Shown in pieces: positions 57,646 through 64,000 of a stretch of DNA of 64,000 nt; position 1 is the stretch's first letter, and each line of letters begins with the position of its first letter. The stretch covers positions 8,384 through 72,383 of the forward strand of contig JAKEFD010000169.1 of NCBI GenBank assembly GCA_022616245.1, read 5' to 3'. The notes under the pieces were generated by a model that worked only from the letters and a program-made list of their open reading frames with translations, had not been told where the DNA came from and searched no databases. The DNA comes from Gemmataceae bacterium. Lineage in GTDB: Bacteria > Planctomycetota > Planctomycetia > Gemmatales > Gemmataceae. Both the position numbers and the translations under genes were made by a program.

Positions 57646-59058
57646 CTAATGCGGCAGACCGAAGACGTAGTATAGCAGGCAAAGCGCGCCCAGGAGAATA
57701 GTTCCCGGATGCAGCTCTTTGCCGCGCAGGCTGGCTAGCTTGAGCAAAGGATAAAGCGCGAGGCCGGCAGCGAGGCCGTTGGCAATGTTGTAAGTGAAGA
57801 CCATGAGCACGATGCCGACCACGGCAGGGGCCAATTCCGTCAGGTCGTCCATTTCCAGTTGCCGCACCGCGCCGAACATCAACAGGCCGACAATCATGAG
57901 CGAGGGGCCGTAAGCGAACGTCAGCTTCTGAAACGGCTCGACCAACGGAATGAAAAAGAGCGCCGCGGCAAACAATAGGCCTGTGGTCACCGCCGCGAGT
58001 CCAGTACGCGCTCCTTCGCGAATGCCGGTCGCCGATTCGATATAGGCGCCGCTCGTCGAAGTGCCGGCGAGTGCGGCGAACATGCAAGACAACGAATCGA
58101 CAAGCATTGGCTTTTCAATGTCAGGTAGGTTGCCTTTGTCGTCGAGCATTTTGCCGGCCGAACCGAGTGCGAACAACGTGCCCAGCGTGTCCAGGAAGCT
58201 AATCAGAAACAGCGTGAAGAGAATTGGCAGGAAAGAAAGCCGCAGAACGCCGACTATGTCCAGCTGTAACACGATTTCGTCGAGGCGGTAGGCGGGGTCC
58301 CAGGGCACGGCAAAGACTCGCGTCGGCGGCTCCGCCATACCCAAGACAAAACCTGCGCCGGCTATCGTCGCGATGCCGAGCAATATCGCGCCCCGGACGC
58401 GCCAGTGCATTAGCAGCGCTGTCAGCACGAAGCCGGCGAGTGCAAGCTGTACCTTGGGATCAGTCCAGTCGCCCAAGCGTACGGGTACAGCCGGCTTGGT
58501 GATTTTCTCGTTCTGCACTAGCGGCGGTGTCGCGGGCCGGCCTTCCACTGCGCTCGTGATGATCCCGGTCTCGTAAAGGCCGATGAAGAACAAGAACAAC
58601 CCGATGCCGACTGCGAAACTGTGCTTGAGAGTCTTCGGGATGGCCGTCGCGAGCCAAGAGCGCAAATGTACTAATGTCAGTAGTAGAAAGAGCAAGCCGG
58701 CGAGGAATACGGAGCCCAGGCGCTCTTGCCATGTGATGTGATATGCCGCCAACCCAAAGGCGATGAACGCGTTTTCGCCCATGTACGGCGCAACAGCGAT
58801 CGGACGGTTGGCGTAAAGCCCCATTAGCAGGCAGCCGAACGCGGCGGCCAGGAGGGTTGCAACTGTGAGCCCTCCTAACGGCAGAAGCGGATTGCCCGCC
58901 TCATCGACCTGTGCGAATTGCAGGATGGCCGGGTTGGCGACGATGATATACGCCATGGCGGCGAACGTCGTGATCCCACCGAGGATTTCGACGCGCGCCG
59001 AGGAATCGCGCGCTCGAATCGCAAAGAAACGGTCGAGGAAGGCAATCACTTGCGGCAT
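57646..59058 (-). CDS. NCS2/AzgA-family purine permease
   Basis: MPQVIAFLDRFFAIRARDSSARVEILGGITTFAAMAYIIVANP..., with multiple TM segments. The ORF extends to 59082. Confidence 0.85.
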   Translation of the reverse strand: MPQVIAFLDRFFAIRARDSSARVEILGGITTFAAMAYIIVANPAILQFAQVDEAGNPLLPLGGLTVATLLAAAFGCLLMGLYANRPIAVAPYMGENAFIAFGLAAYHITWQERLGSVFLAGLLFLLLTLVHLRSWLATAIPKTLKHSFAVGIGLFLFFIGLYETGIITSAVEGRPATPPLVQNEKITKPAVPVRLGDWTDPKVQLALAGFVLTALLMHWRVRGAILLGIATIAGAGFVLGMAEPPTRVFAVPWDPAYRLDEIVLQLDIVGVLRLSFLPILFTLFLISFLDTLGTLFALGSAGKMLDDKGNLPDIEKPMLVDSLSCMFAALAGTSTSGAYIESATGIREGARTGLAAVTTGLLFAAALFFIPLVEPFQKLTFAYGPSLMIVGLLMFGAVRQLEMDDLTELAPAVVGIVLMVFTYNIANGLAAGLALYPLLKLASLRGKELHPGTILLGALCLLYYVFGLPH

Positions 59059-59366
59059 TTCCCATCGGAACCAAGCCCGCACAGGAGCGGGCTAGTGCGT
59101 TGGCCCTGCTTTCTTATGGGCGCGGCTCCGAATCTGCTCTGGTAAGAATCTGGCCAAACGGTACGATGAAAGAGTAGCGAACAGACATCCATGAGCCAAT
59201 TCCAAGCGGTCGGCGGGGTCCTACGAGTTCGAAAAACGATGATTCTTTCCGAACCTTACGGACGGAATCGCCATCTTACATGCTGCCAACCTGACAAGGG
59301 GACACGAAAGGAATCGTGCCGCGGAAAGTGATCGACCAAGCCAGGGCGGCCTGGCTGGAAGGCGTT

Positions 59367-60773
59367 ATGGACCAAACGCGCGGAGCACCAGTTGAGCCAC
59401 GTCTTGGCCTGTGGGATGCGGTGAGCATCCTCGTGGGCATTATCATCGGCGTTGGCATCTTCGAAACGCCGGCGGACATCTTCAGCAAGCTGCCAGGACC
59501 GTGGGCGGCCCTGGGCGTATGGCTCCTGGGCGGCATTCTCGCCTTGGTCGGCGCCTTGTGCTTCGCGGAGCTGGCCAGCGCCTATCCACGCTCGGGCGGC
59601 GAATACGTTTATCTCACCCGCGCTTTTGGCCGCACCATGGGCTATCTTTTCGCCTGGGCCCAGCTGGTCATCATTCGTCCCGGCAGCATCGGCGGCGTGG
59701 CCTACATCTTCGCGCTTTACGCGAATAGACTTTTCCACTTCGGTGAGGCCGTCACTTTGCTCCTGGCCCTTCTGTCCATTCTGCTGTTGACCGGCATCAA
59801 CATCCTTGGCGTCACGCTCGGCAAGCACACCCAGAACCTCTTGACCTTGTTGAAGGTGATTGGCTTGGGCTCGGTCATTCTGGTTGGACTCCTCTGGGGC
59901 AGCCCGGTCGCGCCGCTCGAGGAATCACCCTGGTCCGTGGAGCCCGGTTGGTTCGCAGTCGCGATGATCCTCGTGCTCTGGACGTATTCGGGCTGGCACG
60001 AAGCGGCGTATGTCGTGGCCGAAGTGAAAGATCCACGCCGCAACGTGCCGCGCGCCCTCATCCTTGGCACGCTCGTCGTGACGGTCGTGTACCTGGCGTT
60101 CAATGCCGGCGTCCTTTTGGTGCTCGGCTGGGAAGGGGCCAAGGCAAAAGGTTCGCCGCTGCTCGTGCTGGCCCAGGCGCTGGGCGCGCACGGCGCGGTC
60201 ATCATGAGCGTGCTTATCATGGTTTCCGCGCTCGGCGCCATCAACGGCATGATCTTTACGACGGCGCGCATTTATTCCGAGTTTGGCGCGGACCATCGGC
60301 TATTTCACGCCCTCAGCCGCTGGAGCGGACGCTGGGGTACGCCGGTGCGCTCGCTGGTGACGCAAGGAGCAATCAGCAGCGTCTTTCTTGTCGGCGTCAC
60401 CTTCCTCGTCAATCTGCTGGCTGGTGAAGACAAACTGCTCACTGTTCGCGCCGGCTTCGACAAGATGATCGAAGTCACGGCCGCCGTCTTTTGGCTGTTC
60501 TTCCTGCTCACCGGCGTTTCACTGATGGTTCTTCGCAAAAAGGACCCGGACACCTATCGGCCGTTCCGCGTGCCCTTGTATCCCGTGTTGCCGATTCTGT
60601 TTTGTGCGTGGTGCGGCTACATGGTATATGGGGCAGTCACTTTCCGAATGCTGGAATCCGCCATCGGGTTTGGATTGCTTGTGCTCGGGTTGGCATTCTA
60701 TTTTCTGCCGCAGAAGTTGAGTCCAAAGCCTGCGCCCGTGCCGCGTGAACCCGAGCCCGCCGGAGTCGGCTAA
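59367..60773 (+). CDS. APC-family amino acid permease
   Basis: LGLWDAVSILVGIIIGVGIFETP... and 12 TM-like segments. The ORF opens at 59316. Confidence 0.85.
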   Translation: MDQTRGAPVEPRLGLWDAVSILVGIIIGVGIFETPADIFSKLPGPWAALGVWLLGGILALVGALCFAELASAYPRSGGEYVYLTRAFGRTMGYLFAWAQLVIIRPGSIGGVAYIFALYANRLFHFGEAVTLLLALLSILLLTGINILGVTLGKHTQNLLTLLKVIGLGSVILVGLLWGSPVAPLEESPWSVEPGWFAVAMILVLWTYSGWHEAAYVVAEVKDPRRNVPRALILGTLVVTVVYLAFNAGVLLVLGWEGAKAKGSPLLVLAQALGAHGAVIMSVLIMVSALGAINGMIFTTARIYSEFGADHRLFHALSRWSGRWGTPVRSLVTQGAISSVFLVGVTFLVNLLAGEDKLLTVRAGFDKMIEVTAAVFWLFFLLTGVSLMVLRKKDPDTYRPFRVPLYPVLPILFCAWCGYMVYGAVTFRMLESAIGFGLLVLGLAFYFLPQKLSPKPAPVPREPEPAGVG

Positions 60774-61187
60774 CTACTTGCGCCGGTCGCGTAGCAAGCC
60801 CGCGCTGGATTCGAAATAGCGGCGCCGGCGTTTTTGCGTTTGCTGCGCGGCTTCTTGCTGCTGCGTTTTCAAATCTGCCAAATTGGCCGCGCAGAACGCG
60901 CAGCCGATCGTCTTTAAGTGAAAATCCACGTAGTGCTTGGCATCGCTTTCCAAGACGCCGAGCAAGTAACTGCCGAGTTGCTCGCGCGAAATGCAGGTCA
61001 GGCGTTGCCGCCGCCAGATGGCGCCGACGGAATGTTCGCCGCGGTCGCGCTCTTGCAGGAGTTGGCGCAGTTGCCTGCGCAACGGCTCCGACTGACGCAG
61101 CGCTTGCTCGACCTGGGCGATTTCCGGCTCGTCCAAAGCGTCGTCGAGATAAGAGGACAGCTGTTCGCGCGTAACGGTTGTCGGCAT
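60774..61187 (-). CDS. anti-sigma-factor-like protein (cytoplasmic, Cys-containing)
   Basis: Located downstream of the ECF sigma gene. LSSYLDDALDEPEIAQVEQAL, a second LGSYLLGVLES...HLKTIGCAFCAANL, and no TM segment. ATG at 61187 (alternative GTG 61208). Confidence 0.6.
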   Translation of the reverse strand: MPTTVTREQLSSYLDDALDEPEIAQVEQALRQSEPLRRQLRQLLQERDRGEHSVGAIWRRQRLTCISREQLGSYLLGVLESDAKHYVDFHLKTIGCAFCAANLADLKTQQQEAAQQTQKRRRRYFESSAGLLRDRRK

Positions 61188-61203
61188 TTGTTTTTTGATT
61201 CTA

Positions 61204-61281
61204 ACCACGGATTACACGGATAGAGTAACTATCAACCATTTTCTTCCTATCTTATCCGTGATTTGCCGTGTAATCCGTGGT
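61204..61281 (-). promoter_or_regulatory. structured spacer between the sigma and anti-sigma genes
   Basis: A 16-bp perfect inverted repeat: accacggattacacgg (61204-61219) and ccgtgtaatccgtggt (61266-61281). Four CACGGAT/ATCCGTG half sites lie at 61207, 61216, 61254 and 61274, and an A7 run is adjacent. Confidence 0.6.
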
Positions 61282-61288
61282 AAAAAAA

Positions 61289-61909
61289 TTACCCCTGCAA
61301 TTCAGGAAACACATCCGCCGGCAAACCGGCGTCGCGAATCTGCTCGCTGATTTTCTTCACTGCCGCAAAGCGGATATTGGCCACTTGTTGTTCGCTGATC
61401 TTCAAGATGGAGGCCACGTCCCGATTGGCCCAGCCTTTGACAAAAAGCAGCTCGAGCACTTTGATGCGCTCGTAATCGCATTGCTGACGCCACGTCTCCA
61501 GAAGCGCACCCAAGCATTGGGAAACTGCGAGACTTTCCAGCTCGCGGCGTTCCTGACTGCGGGCCAAGCTTGACGCGGCGGGATTGTCATCCAGCTTCAG
61601 ATTGAGCGCTTCTTCCGTGGCGTTCTGCAGAGGATGCCGCCCCGTGCGCCGCAAATGGTCCGTCAGCTTGTGCGACGCGATCGTGAACAGGTATGTTTGC
61701 AGCTCGCGGCGGTCGTCGAAGTTGGGCAAGCTCGTCAAGAAACCGATGAAGCTTTCCTGCACCACGTCCTCGCTGGAAGCGCGATCGTGCAGCCGCCGCT
61801 GCACAAAGGCAAGCAGCCGGCCTTCATAGCGCGAGATCAAATGCTCCCACGCCCGGGCGTCTCCCTGCCGGATTTGCTGGATGAGGAGGCGGTCGCTTTC
61901 GGAGGACAT
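61289..61909 (-). CDS. ECF sigma factor
   Basis: 206 aa: LIQQIRQGDARAWEHLISRYEGRLLAFVQRRL...DVVQESF...WANRDVASILKISEQQVANIRFAAVKKI. Confidence 0.88.
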   Translation of the reverse strand: MSSESDRLLIQQIRQGDARAWEHLISRYEGRLLAFVQRRLHDRASSEDVVQESFIGFLTSLPNFDDRRELQTYLFTIASHKLTDHLRRTGRHPLQNATEEALNLKLDDNPAASSLARSQERRELESLAVSQCLGALLETWRQQCDYERIKVLELLFVKGWANRDVASILKISEQQVANIRFAAVKKISEQIRDAGLPADVFPELQG

Positions 61910-62095
61910 ATGGTTTTATCCTACCGAAACGGGTCCTGAATAAGAAGTCGAACAGCGACTCTGATTTCGCGGGAGAAGAAAGTGTGTGTGACGATAGCCC
62001 GCCGCAAGAACTACTTGCCTTACCGAACTCAGGATGCAATAATGGACGCTTGAACGCGAATATCGCTGAATAGGCATTGATCGTGAGTATCCGGA

Positions 62096-62542
62096 ATGCA
62101 AACGGCTTGGCAAGTGATCGTCGATGGACTTGCCTTTTTGTCGAATTTGGTCACCGTGCTTTTGGGTGCTATCGCTCTAATCGGCGTGTTTTGGCATCGG
62201 AAAAAGATCAGTGCATTCTTCACGTTGCTGGCAACATCACACTTGCAAGAACGAATCAACCGAATTAAGGAAACGTTGGGGAAGTTGGAGTCTTTGAATT
62301 ACGACGTGAAAGAAGATCGCCCAAAGATATTGGCCATCATCGGACAATTGAGCGGCCAAGTTAGGCCGCTTAGTTCCCAAAACCAAGAGATCGATGCAGT
62401 CTATAAGGAGATAAACTCTATCCTGAATAAGGATATAAGACTGTCAGAAGCAGTAAAGATGCGTATACTGCATGAGGTACATGGTGCATTGGACAAGCAG
62501 GCGCTCGCTGCCTCATCATCGTTAATGGGACACCAAAAATGA
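62096..62542 (+). CDS. hypothetical protein, N-terminal TM helix plus coiled-coil-like region (AT-richer cassette, gene 1)
   Basis: 148 aa with TM VIVDGLAFLSNLVTVLLGAIALIGVFW. The stop overlaps the next start (ATGA at 62539). No family recognised. Confidence 0.6.
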   Translation: MQTAWQVIVDGLAFLSNLVTVLLGAIALIGVFWHRKKISAFFTLLATSHLQERINRIKETLGKLESLNYDVKEDRPKILAIIGQLSGQVRPLSSQNQEIDAVYKEINSILNKDIRLSEAVKMRILHEVHGALDKQALAASSSLMGHQK

Positions 62543-62940
62543 GCAATGTCACTGATCGACCGCCTAAGATGGATACCAAGGCCTTGGCAGTTCTGAAGCA
62601 CTTGGCAGAGAACAAGGACCGCATTACGGATATTCATAGCGCCGGTAACGAGTATTATTTCCGATATGGCAATCATTTTTTTTCAATACTCTTTGGCCCA
62701 AGCCGCGAGGCGACTTACGGGCCATACAGTTTTTATGTTTACCCAACATGGACTGCTGACGTAAAGACTTTGGCTCGCATTTCGGCAGAAGATCCCGCAT
62801 CGGAAATCCCAATGGTCGCATTTCATTCAGGCCACTTTGGCGAGGAGAATCTTGCGGCTTTTCGAGATTTGTACCTTGCACTTGAGGGCACGCAGCTTGC
62901 AGTGGACGAGATTTTCGACAGTATTCTAAAATCGGACTGA
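62539..62940 (+). CDS. hypothetical soluble protein (AT-richer cassette, gene 2)
   Basis: 133 aa. No family recognised. Confidence 0.6.
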   Translation: MSNVTDRPPKMDTKALAVLKHLAENKDRITDIHSAGNEYYFRYGNHFFSILFGPSREATYGPYSFYVYPTWTADVKTLARISAEDPASEIPMVAFHSGHFGEENLAAFRDLYLALEGTQLAVDEIFDSILKSD

Positions 62941-63068
62941 CCTAACCCAATGTTCGTTAATGACCATTTTCCGACGGGGTCGGGATTGAACAGTCGGCTT
63001 CGTGCGATCACTCGAAACAGCATCGTTCGAAGAGGACTCGGCAAGGTGCCACGATTGACGAATCTCCT

Positions 63069-63668
63069 TTAACCCGTCACCCACAACCACCAGCCTGTTC
63101 CTGCGGCTACGAGCAAGGCGGCGACACCCATCTGCAAAAGGCGGCGGTAACGGCCATTTGTCCAATCGTCGAGGCGCAGGTATGCGAAAAAAACGCTCAA
63201 CACCACGGCCAGGCCGCCCGTCACGTAGGCGAACAAGAGCGTCCGGTGCTCCGAGCGTTGTTGCCGGGCGGCTTGTTGATCGAGCAAGCGAATCGCCGCA
63301 AGGTCGAGCGGCTTGACCGTGAAGATCCAGGTCTTGCGGACGATTTTCTCGTACTCAAAATCCGGACCTTGCTTGCTGTTGGGTTCAAACAGATTCTGTT
63401 CCACATACTCGGGCGTCGGCTGCCAGGCGGTGATCGGCGGGGTTTGCGCACGCAGATGTTCCGCCGCTTTCTTGGCGAGAAAGCGAGCGGCCTCCTTCCG
63501 AGCTTCGTCGTAGTTTTGGCCAAAGCCGGCCTCTTCACGCGGCCAGCCCTTGTCGGCTTGCGCGGACGGTGGATTCTCCACGCTTTGCTCCGCCGGCAGT
63601 TCGCGCGCGACCAGCCAGAACAAAGCGAGGCTCCACCAGAAGGCCATTACCAGCCGCATGGGATACAT
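63069..63668 (-). CDS. hypothetical membrane protein
   Basis: 199 aa with an N-terminal TM/signal segment and two C-terminal TM helices. Confidence 0.6.
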   Translation of the reverse strand: MYPMRLVMAFWWSLALFWLVARELPAEQSVENPPSAQADKGWPREEAGFGQNYDEARKEAARFLAKKAAEHLRAQTPPITAWQPTPEYVEQNLFEPNSKQGPDFEYEKIVRKTWIFTVKPLDLAAIRLLDQQAARQQRSEHRTLLFAYVTGGLAVVLSVFFAYLRLDDWTNGRYRRLLQMGVAALLVAAGTGWWLWVTG

Positions 63669-63698
63669 GCAACACCTGCCGCCGCTCTCCAGTAGGCT

Positions 63699-64000
63699 TT
63701 ACGCATAACGCAATCGGAACTTCTTGTTCCGCTCCAGCGTCTTGGGCGTCCAGGGGCTGACCAGTTGCACAATGGCCGAAGTCAAGAGCAGCGCCAAAAA
63801 CGCCTCTTGCCGCTGTGCCGCCGCCGGCAAGAGAAACAGCAACACGTACGCCCAAAACGCAGTGGCCCCAACCGCCTGAACACTGAAGCGCTGCGCTCGA
63901 GTCTCTTCGCCCATCTTCCACCAGCGCAGCGCCAAAAACATCAAGCCAAAATAGCTGAGATAGCCGAAAAACACCGGCAGCGTCCTGTTGTCGGGATACA
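63699..64000 (-). CDS. hypothetical membrane protein, C-terminal part (gene continues beyond the window)
   Basis: The frame stays open to the window edge (...YPDNRTLPVFFGYLSYFGLMFLALRWW...). Confidence 0.5.
   Translation of the reverse strand, partial: YPDNRTLPVFFGYLSYFGLMFLALRWWKMGEETRAQRFSVQAVGATAFWAYVLLFLLPAAAQRQEAFLALLLTSAIVQLVSPWTPKTLERNKKFRLRYA

Noticed and set aside
59083-59366. Possible purine riboswitch upstream of the NCS2 purine permease
   Set aside because: I read both strands and found no purine-riboswitch core (no conserved three-way junction or loop motifs), only a short 6-bp hairpin.

Overview
High-GC bacterial chromosomal window. The gene content looks Planctomycetota-like (inference): many ECF sigma factors, Hanks-type Ser/Thr kinases, giant WD40/HEAT/TPR/LRR proteins, a sulfatase, and LEDRxxxSA-type N-termini. 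All calls come from reading the sequence and ORF translations by eye; no searches were run. Housekeeping anchors are clpB, accD, recQ, an acyl-CoA desaturase, an RRM RNA-binding protein and two permeases. Accessory content, in order: (1) an HNH endonuclease at the left edge that the ORF track misses, with a coupled small partner. (2) A VapBC pair. (3) A TetR-controlled operon in decay. (4) An ECF sigma / WD40 kinase pair whose kinase core carries an in-frame 93-nt palindromic element. (5) An orphan Hcp islet at 18.5-21.7 kb: hcp, a LysM-like/HExxH protein, a patchwork Hcp/subtilase/RTX ORF and a Tae4-like amidase, with no other T6SS genes in the window. (6) A type I R-M island at 22.4-31.2 kb with a frame-disrupted hsdM and a duplicated hsdS 3' end. 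Between hsdS and hsdR it holds a PIN toxin coupled to an unusually long 307-aa antitoxin-tailed protein, plus an HTH gene. (7) Gene debris at the island edges and elsewhere: histidine kinase, ECF sigma, WD40, kinase and C-type lectin fragments. (8) Several unusual fusions: ECF sigma-TM-WD40, sulfatase-WD40, anti-sigma-kinase-LRR, and PH/zinc-ribbon/C-type lectin. (9) An AT-richer two-gene cassette of unknown function at 62.1-62.9 kb. Several families of intergenic palindromes and G-rich repeats are also present. No rRNA, tRNA, CRISPR array or transposase was seen. The best candidates for an undescribed system are the R-M-embedded PIN module (26.0-28.3 kb) and the orphan Hcp-cargo islet. Three otherwise intact genes carry small frame disruptions, which could be assembly errors.
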